A DNA stretch of 64,000 nucleotides from a bacterium (GCA_032250835.1 JAVVEA010000012.1:52517-116516); one strand, 5' to 3'. Shown: positions 10,847 through 21,308, counted from the stretch's first letter. Notes: generated by a model from the letters alone, not told the origin. Numbers and translations: made by a program.

Positions 10847-11134
10847 ATGAATATTTACGTTGGAAACCTCCCCTATTCCGTGACCGAAGCTGATCTGCGC
10901 GAGCTGTTTTCAGAATTCGGTGATGTCTCTAAAGCTACTGTGATCATGGATCGGGAGACCGGCCGCGCTAAAGGCTTTGGCTTTGTTGAAATGTCTGACG
11001 ACTCGGCAGCTAGCGAAGCGATTTCGCAGTTGAACGAGACCAGCCTACAGGGTCGCAACCTGAAGGTCAACGAAGCTCGTCCCCGCGAAGAACGCCCCCG
11101 TGGTGGTGGCGGTGGCGGTCGCGGTCGCTATTAA
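10847..11134 (+). CDS. RRM (RNP-1) RNA-binding protein with Gly-rich tail
   Basis: RNP2 IYVGNL, RNP1 KGFGFVEM, GGGGGGRGRY tail. Confidence 0.95.
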   Translation: MNIYVGNLPYSVTEADLRELFSEFGDVSKATVIMDRETGRAKGFGFVEMSDDSAASEAISQLNETSLQGRNLKVNEARPREERPRGGGGGGRGRY

Positions 11135-11191
11135 TAGCAACGGACCCAAAGTAGCTGCCTAGTCGCTTCGGTGGTTAGGTAAGTAGCCTGA

Positions 11192-11228
11192 GAGCCCGAG
11201 AAGATTCGTCTTCTCGGGCTTTTTTTTT
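11192..11228 (+). terminator. Rho-independent terminator
   Basis: AGCCCGAGAAGA-ttcg-TCTTCTCGGGCT followed by a T run. Confidence 0.9.
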
Positions 11229-11289
11229 GCCTTGCCTCCAAGGATTGGGTGAAGGCATTAGAATTTTCTAATTTTGACTGGTAGCCAAC

Positions 11290-11799
11290 ATGATCCAACC
11301 CATCAAACTCACCCCAGCCCCCGAGCCGCCGCACCCCTCAAGGCCCCGACCAGCAGACTATGCCGACGGCTTCGCTCTAAACTTGATTGTTTCAAGTGAT
11401 ATCAGTGCATTGACTCTGGAGTTTTTAAAGTCGCTGCCCCTATGGGCCGCCAGACTGGTCGCGCTGCGTAATTATCTGGTTGCTTGGACTGGACTCAAGG
11501 CCCAGCCCATTAAGCGCGAACTGGACGAGGCCGATTTGGTCCCGGGGGCGGACTTGGGGCTGTTTACCTGTTATGGTTGCGGCCCTGATGAAGTCCTGCT
11601 GGGACAAAAGGAACGCCACTTGGACTTTTATACCAGCCTAAAATTGGTCCCCTTGACCGGTAGTAGCCAACTACAGGTGAGCACTTGGGTCTATTTCCAC
11701 AACCCCTGGGGTCGGGCCTACTTTTTCTTCGTCGCCCCCTGGCACCGCTGGATCGTCCGCAGCATGTTGGAGCGTCTGGCTCATCGGCTGATTCGGTAA
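11290..11799 (+). CDS. DUF2867-like protein
   Basis: DYAD, LRNxLVxxxGLK, HLDF, HNxWGRxYFFxVxPxH pattern. Confidence 0.75.
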   Translation: MIQPIKLTPAPEPPHPSRPRPADYADGFALNLIVSSDISALTLEFLKSLPLWAARLVALRNYLVAWTGLKAQPIKRELDEADLVPGADLGLFTCYGCGPDEVLLGQKERHLDFYTSLKLVPLTGSSQLQVSTWVYFHNPWGRAYFFFVAPWHRWIVRSMLERLAHRLIR

Positions 11800-11865
11800 T
11801 TCACCTGTTGCCAGTCGGGCCTATAGGCGGCAACCTATAGGAAACCCGCTTGTTAGAGGACAACT

Positions 11866-12672
11866 ATGTTGAAGGGCTTGTCGATTGTCTTGAGCTTTGT
11901 GGTCTTGCTGGTGCTATTCTGGGCTCATTTTAGCCGCCAAGGCTTCGAGCGCAAGGCAGAATCCGAACGGGGGCGGCTGCTCCAATTGGGCCAAAGCCCC
12001 GCTTCAAACCCGCTGCCCGAAGCGTTGCAACGGGCGGTAGAGTTGTCCGGTGACTTGCCGAGTGCGAGCCAGTGGGTTGAGTTGCAGCAAGAGGGGCATA
12101 TGCGCCTCAAGCCCGATGGCCCCTGGATTCCTTTTAAGGCGAACCATCTTGCGTTGGTGGATCGTCCGGGTTTTGTTTGGTGCGCGGAGATGGAGATGTT
12201 GCCGCTCGTTCCGGTGTTGGTCTGTGACAGCTATGTAGAAGGGAGAGGGCGTCTGGAAGCGCGGATCGGTGGGTTCATTACCATTGCCCACGAAGAGGGG
12301 AACGACTTAGCCTTAGGCGAGTTATTCCGCTACTATGCCGAGTTGCCTTGGCTGCCCCAGGGGTTTGCCGCTCAACAAAACGCTCAATGGAGCCAAGGGC
12401 CTGATGGGGTCCAACTGCTCTTTGAGGCCGACGGCAACCGGGGCGAGGTCCGCTACCGTTTCAATGCACTGGGGCAGATAGACGAAGTCCATGCCCAGCG
12501 GCCCAACGCTAACGTAGGGGGGCGCAAGTTCCCTTGGACCGGGCGGTTCTCGGATTATCAAGACTTCGGTGGTCTGAGCCTGCCCGCCCAAGGCGAGGTT
12601 TCTTGGGGCCTTCCGGGCGGCGAGTGGACCTATTGGAAAGGGCGCATCATCTCCGTGAAGTTTGGACCTTGA
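11866..12672 (+). CDS. Conserved hypothetical membrane-anchored protein (DUF6544-like)
   Basis: N-terminal TM helix; QxGxM, RYYAELPWLP, PWTG..DY, GEVSW motifs; RBS GAGGA. Confidence 0.65.
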   Translation: MLKGLSIVLSFVVLLVLFWAHFSRQGFERKAESERGRLLQLGQSPASNPLPEALQRAVELSGDLPSASQWVELQQEGHMRLKPDGPWIPFKANHLALVDRPGFVWCAEMEMLPLVPVLVCDSYVEGRGRLEARIGGFITIAHEEGNDLALGELFRYYAELPWLPQGFAAQQNAQWSQGPDGVQLLFEADGNRGEVRYRFNALGQIDEVHAQRPNANVGGRKFPWTGRFSDYQDFGGLSLPAQGEVSWGLPGGEWTYWKGRIISVKFGP

Positions 12673-12833
12673 GGCGGGGCGGGCTTAAGGTCGAAGGTCT
12701 GGGTTTAGTAAGACAGCCTAATCCCAGGCAATAGCCCCCTAAAAAAATGTAGGCGGCAAAAAATAAAGGCCGCCTGAGCGGCCCGGTTAGCCTTCTGGTG
12801 GGTCGTTATTTTGCCGAGCCGAAGGGGGTCTAG

Positions 12834-13187
12834 CTAAAGGCTCTTCCCGTCATATTCAATGATCTGGACCTGACTTAGATCAAATTCATCCAATGTGCGC
12901 AGGTTGACGGCGGTCATCATTTGCCCGGTGCCTGGCAGCGCACCCTTTGAAAAGGGCGTGACGCCACAGTTTGAACAAAAGTAGTGTTCGATGGCTTTTT
13001 TGTTGAACTGGTAGCTGGTCAGCGTTGAATCCCCGCTCAACAGCTTGAATTGTTCTGCGGGAACGAAAACGCGCAAAGCCGCTGTTTTGGAACAGATGGA
13101 ACAATTGCAGGAAACCGCCTGGTCGGGAGTGAATTCCACTTCAAATCGAAGGGCGCCGCAATGACACCCGCCTGGATAAGTTTTCAT
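12834..13187 (-). CDS. GFA (CENP-V) family zinc protein
   Basis: GGCHCG, CNCSIC, FCSNCG motifs. Confidence 0.9.
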   Translation of the reverse strand: MKTYPGGCHCGALRFEVEFTPDQAVSCNCSICSKTAALRVFVPAEQFKLLSGDSTLTSYQFNKKAIEHYFCSNCGVTPFSKGALPGTGQMMTAVNLRTLDEFDLSQVQIIEYDGKSL

Positions 13188-13248
13188 ATCGTTTTTTTTG
13201 CGCTTGGGGGTTGAGAGGCTTAGATATGAACCGCTAGGGAGGGGTTGT

Positions 13249-14022
13249 CTAATCGGGGGGGGCTTTTTCTACTGGGGGGAAGCCCCCATAGATGGGCTCT
13301 GAGAAAGCCACTTCCCCGGCGATCAGCTCGATGGCTTCGCCTTGACTAACAATCCGCAAGGCCCCTTGGGGACTTAAGCCCAATACCTGCCCGCTGCGGG
13401 TTTGGCCCTGCCATTCAAAGGAAACCTCGGCCCCTAGGCTTAAAGAAGCAGCCTCCCAAGCGGCGATCAGGGGCGCTAAGTCTCGGGCGCAAGCGGCGCA
13501 GAGTGCCTCGGCTTGGTCCAATATCTCTTCAAATAGGGCTTTGGGTTCCGGCGGGGGACAACGGAGCAACTCAAAATTAGTCAACTTACCGGCCAATTCA
13601 CGGGGGTAATCTTCCAAGGTTCCGCGCAGGTTCACGCCAATCCCGCACACCACCCCTTCGCCGCTGGCCTCGCACAATATCCCCGCCAGCTTCCGTCGGC
13701 CACTCAGCAGGTCATTGGGCCATTTCAACCGGAGGTCTGGGGCCCCAAAATGCTCTGCGGCGCGCAAGACCGCCAAGCCAACCAACAGGGTCAAGGCAGG
13801 ACGGAAGTGGGGCCATTCTCGGTTGGCCACATAGAAGCTGGCAAACAGTTGTCCCTCGGCCCCTGCCTCCCACTGGCGGCCCAACCGGCCCCGTCCTTGG
13901 GTCTGACGCCGGGCCAACAGGGCTAATCCGGGCCTGGCTTGCGCCAGCAGCCAAAGGTTGGTGCTGTCTAGCTCCTCAAAATCCAACAGTTCCCGCCCCC
14001 AAAGGTTACGCCGCTGTTTCAT
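13249..14022 (-). CDS. birA: Biotin--[acetyl-CoA carboxylase] ligase, no HTH
   Basis: DSTN, QTQGRGRLGRQW, KWPND, KLAGIL, GIGVN. Confidence 0.92.
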   Translation of the reverse strand: MKQRRNLWGRELLDFEELDSTNLWLLAQARPGLALLARRQTQGRGRLGRQWEAGAEGQLFASFYVANREWPHFRPALTLLVGLAVLRAAEHFGAPDLRLKWPNDLLSGRRKLAGILCEASGEGVVCGIGVNLRGTLEDYPRELAGKLTNFELLRCPPPEPKALFEEILDQAEALCAACARDLAPLIAAWEAASLSLGAEVSFEWQGQTRSGQVLGLSPQGALRIVSQGEAIELIAGEVAFSEPIYGGFPPVEKAPPD

Positions 14023-14081
14023 TGACCAAATCCCGCCAAATGCCTAAGTTAAACAAACCTCCAATACAAGCTGATCAAACG

Positions 14082-14891
14082 ATGAAGATTGCCTCTTTTA
14101 ATGTCAACAGCATCCGCGCCCGTCTGGAACTGTTGCTGCAATATTTAAAAACCGAATCGCCGGACATCCTGGGATTACAAGAGACCAAGGTCCAAGACCA
14201 CGAGTTTCCCGTTGAAGCCCTTGCCGATGCGGGCTATGAAGTCGATTTTTTTGGCCAAAAATCCTATAACGGGGTGGCCCTGCTCTCTAAGGTCAAGCCT
14301 TTAAGCGTCCAACGGGGCTTTAAAACAGATGGCCCCGAAGACCAAAAACGCTTCCAGGCAGCTCGTTTCAGGACCACTGAAGGCAAGGAATTGGTGGTGG
14401 TCAATGGCTATTTTCCTCAGGGCGAAAATCGCGAGCACCCCACTAAGTTCCCGGCGAAGAAGAAGTTTTATGAAGACCTACAGCGTTTTTTAGCGAACGA
14501 AGACCCTTCGGGCTATCTCATGGTGATGGGTGATTTTAATATTTCGCCCACCGATCTAGATATTGGGATCGGGGAAACCAACGCCAAACGGTGGCTGAAA
14601 ACCGGCAAGTGTTCCTTCTTGCCCGAAGAACGGGAGTGGTTAGGCCGGATGGCCGGATGGGGGCTTTTTGACAGCTTTCGAGAGCTACACCCGGAGGTAA
14701 AGGATCAATTCAGTTGGTTCGATTACCGCAGTGGGGGTTACCCAGACCGGGGGCTGCGTATCGACCAGATTTGGGTGACCAAACCTTTATTAGAACATTG
14801 CCTTGAAGCAGGCATCGACTACCACTTGAGGGCACAAGAACGGCCCTCGGACCATTGTGTGATCTGGAGCCGCTTCAACCTAGGCCTTTAG
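14082..14891 (+). CDS. xth: Exodeoxyribonuclease III
   Basis: SFNVNSIRAR, LQETK, GDFN, GLRID, PSDH; ATG 14082. Confidence 0.95.
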   Translation: MKIASFNVNSIRARLELLLQYLKTESPDILGLQETKVQDHEFPVEALADAGYEVDFFGQKSYNGVALLSKVKPLSVQRGFKTDGPEDQKRFQAARFRTTEGKELVVVNGYFPQGENREHPTKFPAKKKFYEDLQRFLANEDPSGYLMVMGDFNISPTDLDIGIGETNAKRWLKTGKCSFLPEEREWLGRMAGWGLFDSFRELHPEVKDQFSWFDYRSGGYPDRGLRIDQIWVTKPLLEHCLEAGIDYHLRAQERPSDHCVIWSRFNLGL

Positions 14892-14961
14892 TGGAAAGGT
14901 CTTTACGAAGCAAGGCAAAAACCGCTAGTTTGGTGGAATGTTCCTTTAGCCCCACGGAGCC

Positions 14962-15768
14962 ATGAGCGAAGAACCACAGATTTTAGAAAATACCGCCGCC
15001 AATGCAGTCATGCCCGGCGAAGACTTCTCCGCTATCGGCCGCAGTTTGCTGGCCAAGCGTGAAGAACTCTCTTATACGCTAGAACACGTTGCCGAGATCA
15101 CCCGGATCACCCTATCCAACCTGCGCGCCATTGAAGACGGCGAGATGGATAAACTGCCGGGTTTGGTCTTTGTGCGCGGTTTTGTGCGCAACTACGCCAA
15201 CCTACTAGGCCTCGATTCAGACTGGATGGTCGACGTGCTCAACCGGGTCTACGGTCACCATGAAGACGCACTCCACGCGGCCAAAATGCCGGTGCGCAGC
15301 GGCTTAGACCTAGGTCAACTCAACCTGTCCCATTTGGGCCTGTTGGCCGGGGCTTTTGTGGTGATCTTGCTGATCGGTTACTTCATGAGCAGCAACCAGT
15401 CCGGCGAGGGCCCAGTCCAACAAGCGGTCCAAGCGGTGGAATCCACCCAGGAAGCAGGCGTTAAGGACCTAAAAAAACAAGAACAGGCGATCCAAACGGC
15501 CATCAGCCCCTTAAACTTGGTTTTGGTCGCCAAAGCCGACGAATGGGTTTCGGTCGCCAAAGACGGCGAGCGCAGCCGCGAATTGCTGCTGGAAAAGGGC
15601 AAAAAATATGAATTCCCTGCCGATGATTATTACCAGGTGGTGATGACCAGCGGATCTAGCGCTTCGATTTACCTGAATGGAGAGGAATTAGAGATCCCTA
15701 AAGATCAACACGAAAAGCTTTACCAATCCAAGCTGAATAAGTTTTCTTTGACCCGGATGAATAACTAA
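14962..15768 (+). CDS. rodZ: RodZ-like HTH membrane protein
   Basis: XRE HTH with FVRGFVRNYA, a single TM helix and a C-terminal DUF4115-like beta domain. Confidence 0.8.
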   Translation: MSEEPQILENTAANAVMPGEDFSAIGRSLLAKREELSYTLEHVAEITRITLSNLRAIEDGEMDKLPGLVFVRGFVRNYANLLGLDSDWMVDVLNRVYGHHEDALHAAKMPVRSGLDLGQLNLSHLGLLAGAFVVILLIGYFMSSNQSGEGPVQQAVQAVESTQEAGVKDLKKQEQAIQTAISPLNLVLVAKADEWVSVAKDGERSRELLLEKGKKYEFPADDYYQVVMTSGSSASIYLNGEELEIPKDQHEKLYQSKLNKFSLTRMNN

Positions 15769-15769
15769 G

Positions 15770-16981
15770 ATGAAAGCCCTGGTCCTAGCCGCCGCCAAAT
15801 CTGCTAAATTAAGCCCCTTTTCGGACAGCCGTCCGAAAACCATGATCAACCTGAGCGGTCAGATGATCTTAGAGCGGCAGTTGCGCATGCTCAAAGAGGC
15901 GGGGGTCAACGAGGTCTTTTTGGTGGTTGGGCATAAGCGGGAGATGATCCAGCAAGCCTTCCACTACGGCCGCGAACTGGGTCTGAAAATCGACTATTTG
16001 GTCCAGGAAGAACAAAAGGGGATCGGCAATGCCGTAGCACTTGGAGCCAAGGCCTTGGCCCAGGAAGAACGTTTCTTGCTGGTTTACGGCGATGGCCTGA
16101 TGGGCGGGAATAACTTCAAACAGTTGATTGACCGCGTTCCCTTGGCCTCCAAACCCAACTTGGCCACCGTCACCCACCCGTCCTCCGATGGAGCCTACGG
16201 TAACGTCTACCTCTCTGGTGAGATGTTGATCAGCAAGTTAGTAGAAAAGCCCGAGGCCGGTCGATTTTCCAACTACATCTTTGGCGGGGCCTTTATTTTA
16301 AGCCCCAAGATCTTTGACCTGTTGGCCCAAAAGGGCGAAGACATGTTGGCGGTCTACCAGGAATTGATCGCCAATGCGGAGATGGAAGCGAGCCTCTGGG
16401 AAGATAGCTGGATCGACATCACCCGTCCTTGGCATATCCTGCTGGCCAATCAAATGGTCATGCGCCGCTGGAATGAAACGATCATCCCCGAGTCTGCGGT
16501 GATCGAACCCAATGTGACCCTACGCGGTGCGGTGCATCTGGGCGAAGGGGTCCATATCGCTTCGGGCACCACCATTGTCGGCCCCTGTTACGTCGGCGCT
16601 GGGAGTTATATTGGTAACTCCTGCCTGATCCGTACCTTCTCCAGCATCGGGCCCCAATGCACTATTGGTTATGGTACGGAAGTCAAAAATGCGGTGCTCT
16701 TCGGCAACAGCGTGGTCGGGCGGCTCTCCTTTATTGGGGATTCAGTCTTAGGCGAACACGTACACCTCGGCTCGGGCACCATGACCATCAACCACCGCAT
16801 CGAAGGGGGCAACATTACCTTCAAGCCCGCCGACGAAGCCCCATTAGATACGGGCTTAAGTAAGCTAGGTGCCTTCATCGGCGACCACGCCGTGATCGGC
16901 ACTGGCCATAATTTGGCTCCCGGCACCTGGATTGGCTCTGGCCAGATCTTGGGTGATCAATTTACCTTCCGAAACGAATAA
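15770..16981 (+). CDS. Bifunctional sugar-1-phosphate nucleotidyltransferase/acetyltransferase (archaeal GlmU-like)
   Basis: NTP-transferase domain plus hexapeptide repeats (EVKNAV, LSFIGDSVLG, KLGAFIGD); adjacent to glmS. Confidence 0.8.
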   Translation: MKALVLAAAKSAKLSPFSDSRPKTMINLSGQMILERQLRMLKEAGVNEVFLVVGHKREMIQQAFHYGRELGLKIDYLVQEEQKGIGNAVALGAKALAQEERFLLVYGDGLMGGNNFKQLIDRVPLASKPNLATVTHPSSDGAYGNVYLSGEMLISKLVEKPEAGRFSNYIFGGAFILSPKIFDLLAQKGEDMLAVYQELIANAEMEASLWEDSWIDITRPWHILLANQMVMRRWNETIIPESAVIEPNVTLRGAVHLGEGVHIASGTTIVGPCYVGAGSYIGNSCLIRTFSSIGPQCTIGYGTEVKNAVLFGNSVVGRLSFIGDSVLGEHVHLGSGTMTINHRIEGGNITFKPADEAPLDTGLSKLGAFIGDHAVIGTGHNLAPGTWIGSGQILGDQFTFRNE

Positions 16982-16987
16982 AACGCC

Positions 16988-18808
16988 ATGTGCGGAATCA
17001 GCGCAATCGCTAGCCACCGACCGGTGGCAGCCGGACTGCTCCAATGCCTAAAGAATTTGGAGTACCGCGGGTACGACTCCTGCGGCATGGCACTGCAAAG
17101 CGACCAAGGGATCGAACTACGCAAAAACGTAGGCAACGTGGCCGCAGTGGACGAAGCCGAACACTTTGTTGAAATGCCCGGCCACCTCGGCATCGCCCAC
17201 ACTAGGTGGGCGACCCACGGCGGAGTCACCAAAGAAAACTCCCATCCCCATGCCTCTAATGACGGCCAGTTTGTGGTGGTCCACAACGGGATCTTCTCAA
17301 ACTACCAGACGCTGCGCGAAGAACTGCGTGCCAAAGGCTATACCTTCTTTTCCGATACGGACACCGAAGTCCTGGCCAACCTGTTAGAAGAAGCTTATAA
17401 GACCCACCCGGAGGTGGAAGCGGCCTTTATTGCCGCAGTGCACCAGCTCGAAGGCTCTTACGCGGTGGCCATCCTCTCAGAGCACCAACGCGGAACCCTT
17501 TTCGGCGCCAAAAAGGATTCTCCTTTAGTGCTGGGTTTAGGGGACGGTGAAATCTTTCTAACTTCGGACATCAACGCCTACATCAGCGAGACCCGCGACA
17601 CGGTGCTGCTCAACGATATGGAGTATGTAGTCGTCACCAAGGACACCTGGCAGGTCAAATCACTGCTCGACGGCAAAAAGCTGACCAAAGAGGTGATCCA
17701 AGTCCAGTGGGACCGCGAAACGGCCCAGATGGGCGGTTATTCCCATTACATGCTCAAGGAAATCTTCGACCAACCCCAAACCATTAAAAATGCGTTGGCC
17801 GTTGACCAAAGCCAGATCGAGCAAATTGCCCGTCAGTTTGTGGCGAAGGGGCAGAACTTCCTTTGTGGAGTGGGTACCACCTATTACGTGGCCATGGTGG
17901 GGGCCTATCTTTTTAAGCGGTACGCCCAACTTTACGTCCCGGCGATCAGCTCCGACGAATTCCCCACCCTGCTGCCTTTGAGCGCCGACCAACACAGCCT
18001 GTTTTTGAGTCAGTCTGGGGAAACCTACGATACCCGGATGGCCATCCGCGCTGCCCAAGAAGCTGGTGGAGCGACTAGCGCCATCGTCAACGTAGTGGGC
18101 AGTTCCATCAGCCAAATGGTGGACCAATGTATTTTTCAGGGTTCTGGCCCGGAAATCTGCGTCGTCAGTACCAAAGCGGCTTTAAGCCAAATGATCCTAC
18201 TTTGGCGGATCGCGCTGCGCACCGGTGTGCACCGTGGAACGCTATCTTTGGCCGAAGAAAAGCGCATCTTGGGGCATTTGCAAGAATTTGGCGAAATGCT
18301 GACCGATACACTCAACGAGGAATCTGGCTTCATCCGCCAATTGGCCAAGCAGACCAGCCATATCCACAACTGGCTGTTTATGGGTAAGGATATTTATTAC
18401 CCTATGGCGCTGGAATCGGCCTTAAAAATGAAAGAAGTCACCTACCTTCATGCCGAAGGGCTCCCGGCTGGGTTTTTGAAGCACGGCACGCTGGCCATGG
18501 TGGACCCCAGCCTCTTCAGCCTATTCTTCCTGCCCACCCAGGGTGAAGGGGACCTTTACCGCTCGACCTTAGCCGCCATCGAAGAAGTCCGCGCCCGTGA
18601 CGGCGTGGTGATCAGCTTCGCTACCGAAGGCAACCACCAAGCCCGCGAGCTGATGAACCACTGCATCCAGGTGCCCGACCTCCCGGCCGAAACCATGCCG
18701 CTGATGCAATTGGTGTTGGCCCAGCTCTTTTCTTATTATTCAGCGCTGCACTTGGGACTGAATATCGATAAACCCCGCAATTTGGCCAAATCGGTCACCG
18801 TGGGCTAG
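16988..18808 (+). CDS. glmS: Glutamine--fructose-6-phosphate aminotransferase
   Basis: MCGI, LEYRGYDS, GIAHTRWATHG, SQSGET, PRNLAKSVTV. Confidence 0.97.
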   Translation: MCGISAIASHRPVAAGLLQCLKNLEYRGYDSCGMALQSDQGIELRKNVGNVAAVDEAEHFVEMPGHLGIAHTRWATHGGVTKENSHPHASNDGQFVVVHNGIFSNYQTLREELRAKGYTFFSDTDTEVLANLLEEAYKTHPEVEAAFIAAVHQLEGSYAVAILSEHQRGTLFGAKKDSPLVLGLGDGEIFLTSDINAYISETRDTVLLNDMEYVVVTKDTWQVKSLLDGKKLTKEVIQVQWDRETAQMGGYSHYMLKEIFDQPQTIKNALAVDQSQIEQIARQFVAKGQNFLCGVGTTYYVAMVGAYLFKRYAQLYVPAISSDEFPTLLPLSADQHSLFLSQSGETYDTRMAIRAAQEAGGATSAIVNVVGSSISQMVDQCIFQGSGPEICVVSTKAALSQMILLWRIALRTGVHRGTLSLAEEKRILGHLQEFGEMLTDTLNEESGFIRQLAKQTSHIHNWLFMGKDIYYPMALESALKMKEVTYLHAEGLPAGFLKHGTLAMVDPSLFSLFFLPTQGEGDLYRSTLAAIEEVRARDGVVISFATEGNHQARELMNHCIQVPDLPAETMPLMQLVLAQLFSYYSALHLGLNIDKPRNLAKSVTVG

Positions 18809-19500
18809 TGGACGTCGAGCGCTTCCCGCTGCAGCTGTTTGATCTCGACGACACCCTCCTGCATACCCGCGCTAGCTATTATGCAGCCCAAGAGTATGCC
18901 GTAGACGAACTGTGGGACCGTTTGCTGCTTCCCCAGCGCGAGCGCGCTTACCAAGAGATCCATTGGTTTTCCAAGCGGATTGGTTCGGTGGACCCACCAG
19001 CCTACATGAGCGCCTTCTTGCAAAGCTGGGGTATCCTCAACGACGCCAACTTACGCCTGCTGCTTGAATGTTACCGTGAATCTTATTGGAGCGACATCAA
19101 GCTTTATGAAGGCGCTCTAGAATTTTTAGAGAAGCTCCAGACCCAGGGACGCCAGTTGGGGTTGGTCAGCAATGGCACCAGCAGCACCCAACACAAAAAG
19201 GTGATGCATACCGGGCTAGGCCGGTTTTTCCCCGCTGCGGCAAGGTTCATCTCCGGCGATTTCGAGCCGAGACACAAAAAACCCTCACCCTACATGATTT
19301 TGCGGGCTTTGGAGTACTTCGGCAGAGAGCCGAGTGAAACAATATATTATGGGAATACCCAGGATGACGTCCTGGCGGCAAACTTGGCCGGAGTGACCAG
19401 TTTGTTATTTGGTCCTGAAGAAACAGAAGAAACCGCACCGCAAGCGGCCAAACCGGTCTTGCGGCGCGGATCTTGGTTGGGGATCGTAAAACCAGCCTGA
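18808..19500 (+). CDS. HAD-family hydrolase
   Basis: FDLDDTL, SNG and KKP motifs; GTG start overlapping the glmS stop. Confidence 0.85.
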   Translation: MDVERFPLQLFDLDDTLLHTRASYYAAQEYAVDELWDRLLLPQRERAYQEIHWFSKRIGSVDPPAYMSAFLQSWGILNDANLRLLLECYRESYWSDIKLYEGALEFLEKLQTQGRQLGLVSNGTSSTQHKKVMHTGLGRFFPAAARFISGDFEPRHKKPSPYMILRALEYFGREPSETIYYGNTQDDVLAANLAGVTSLLFGPEETEETAPQAAKPVLRRGSWLGIVKPA

Positions 19501-19535
19501 AGCACAGGGGGCGAACCCCTGCACCTCAATCGGCC

Positions 19536-20993
19536 TTACCTATCCATCAACAAAGAGAACACCTTCGAGGGTGAGCTATTCGCCTGCGACATCATTGCCG
19601 CAGCCGACTGCTTCATCAACTCGTTACGGGTATAATTGGCCATCTCCAAAGCGATGTCCGTATCCCGAATGGTTGATTCCGCAGCCACCATGTTCTCCTG
19701 GGTGGTCCGCAACGTCGCGATGTTGGTCGCCAGAGTATTCTTCTGGAACGAACCCAACCTTGAGCGCGTCTGGGACACGTCGTTAATGGCGGTGTCAATG
19801 ATCTTCAGAGCGTCCTGTGCCCCTTGAGCCGTCCGGACATCGATGTCCGCAAGACTTTCAAAGGCACTTGAGTTCGCAATACCCCGGCCAACTTGGTTGG
19901 CCGACATGTTCTGAAGCGCAATCTCGACCGTTTGGCCCGCGTCCGGTCCGACCTGGAAGGTTAAGGCGTTTTGAGCCACCGTAACCTTACCCACGTTCGT
20001 TCCTTCGGCCAGCGGCTGCACCCCTTCGGGCCGCCGGTACCGCACCGTCAAGTTGTCGGTCGAGGGGTTACCGACCAAACCGGTCATGGTATCCCCTTTT
20101 CCGAGCGTTGCCTCACCATTAATGGTTCCCATTAGGTCCGTACCCGAATTGGCGCTGCTTAGGCTACCGGCTTCTTGTGACAAGACACCAGCGGTCGAAG
20201 AAGACACCTGGAAGGTGTACTGAGACCCATGTTGCTTATGAGCGATCCGGATCACACCCGAGTCATCACTCGTCACGTCTACCGCGAGACCCGACTTACG
20301 GGACACCTCGGCGAAGTTCTTGATCGCACTAGCCACCGTGTCCGTAGACTTGGTGGTGTAGGTGGCGGATTTACCGCCCTCTACCAGCGTCAAGGTTTCC
20401 CCCGCTTCGACCATCTCTTTAGTCAGGGCCGTACTGCCCGACCAAGAGGCCGCGGAAGACTCTTGGGTAATGACTACGTCATACCCGTCTTTCCCAGAAG
20501 ACATGGCTTTGGTACCGGCTTCGACGAAGGACAAGCCCGCGCCGATTGAGGTACCCGAAACACCGTTTGAACCGTCCAGCAGCTTCTTAGAGCCGAATGA
20601 CGTGGTTTGAGCGATCCGGTCAATGGCCGAAATCCCTCCGCTGATTTCCGTTTGGTCGGCCTCCAGCATAACCATATCGTTCGCGCCCTCGTTGGCCGCG
20701 TGGATGGACAATTGGCGCATGCCCACCAAAAGGTTGTTCACCTCTGTTAAAGCACCTTCAGCAGTTTGAACCATAGAAACCGAGGCTTCGGAGTTCTTCA
20801 CAGCTTGCTCGATACTCGCGATTTGCGAGCGCATCTGTTCAGAAGCTACCAAAGACGCGGGAGCATCCCCTGCTCGGTTGATACTCAAGCCCGACGAAAG
20901 TTTTTCAAGGGACTTTGAGACCCTATCCGAAGCTTGTGTCAGGTTCCTATGCGCGTTCAGACTGCTGGTATTATGGTTAATTCGCAAACTCAT
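19536..20993 (-). CDS. fliC: Flagellin (paralog 1)
   Basis: MSLRINHN, KLSSGLSINRAGD, QTAEGAL, AAESTIRDTD; RBS AGGAGG. Confidence 0.96.
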   Translation of the reverse strand: MSLRINHNTSSLNAHRNLTQASDRVSKSLEKLSSGLSINRAGDAPASLVASEQMRSQIASIEQAVKNSEASVSMVQTAEGALTEVNNLLVGMRQLSIHAANEGANDMVMLEADQTEISGGISAIDRIAQTTSFGSKKLLDGSNGVSGTSIGAGLSFVEAGTKAMSSGKDGYDVVITQESSAASWSGSTALTKEMVEAGETLTLVEGGKSATYTTKSTDTVASAIKNFAEVSRKSGLAVDVTSDDSGVIRIAHKQHGSQYTFQVSSSTAGVLSQEAGSLSSANSGTDLMGTINGEATLGKGDTMTGLVGNPSTDNLTVRYRRPEGVQPLAEGTNVGKVTVAQNALTFQVGPDAGQTVEIALQNMSANQVGRGIANSSAFESLADIDVRTAQGAQDALKIIDTAINDVSQTRSRLGSFQKNTLATNIATLRTTQENMVAAESTIRDTDIALEMANYTRNELMKQSAAAMMSQANSSPSKVFSLLMDR

Positions 20994-21308
20994 ATTACCT
21001 CCTAATAGAGCGTATGCGGCTTGAGAGTATCATCGACCTCCGATGTCAATAAAACTCGAACCTTACCCTTTCGGGCAGGAAACGCTTGGGACCTGTAGGT
21101 CGCACAACCTGCGGGTACCAAAGCGGCTCCCCTGAACCACATTCCCCTTCCTAGTTTGGGGCTCAAGGCAACCGCTTTGCCGCGGTCACCCATACCTCGC
21201 CTGGAAAGGTGCTCTTAGACGATAAGTCTGCGATCCTGCCAATGATCGCAACCGATCCCCAATGGCCGGGGGGAGCAGCCCCCGGCTACGTTCATGCCGC
21301 TGTTAAGA

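Noticed and set aside
21050-21090. GAAA tetraloop hairpin as part of a known riboswitch
   Set aside because: Flanking consensus of c-di-GMP or other known riboswitches was not found; kept only as a generic structured RNA.
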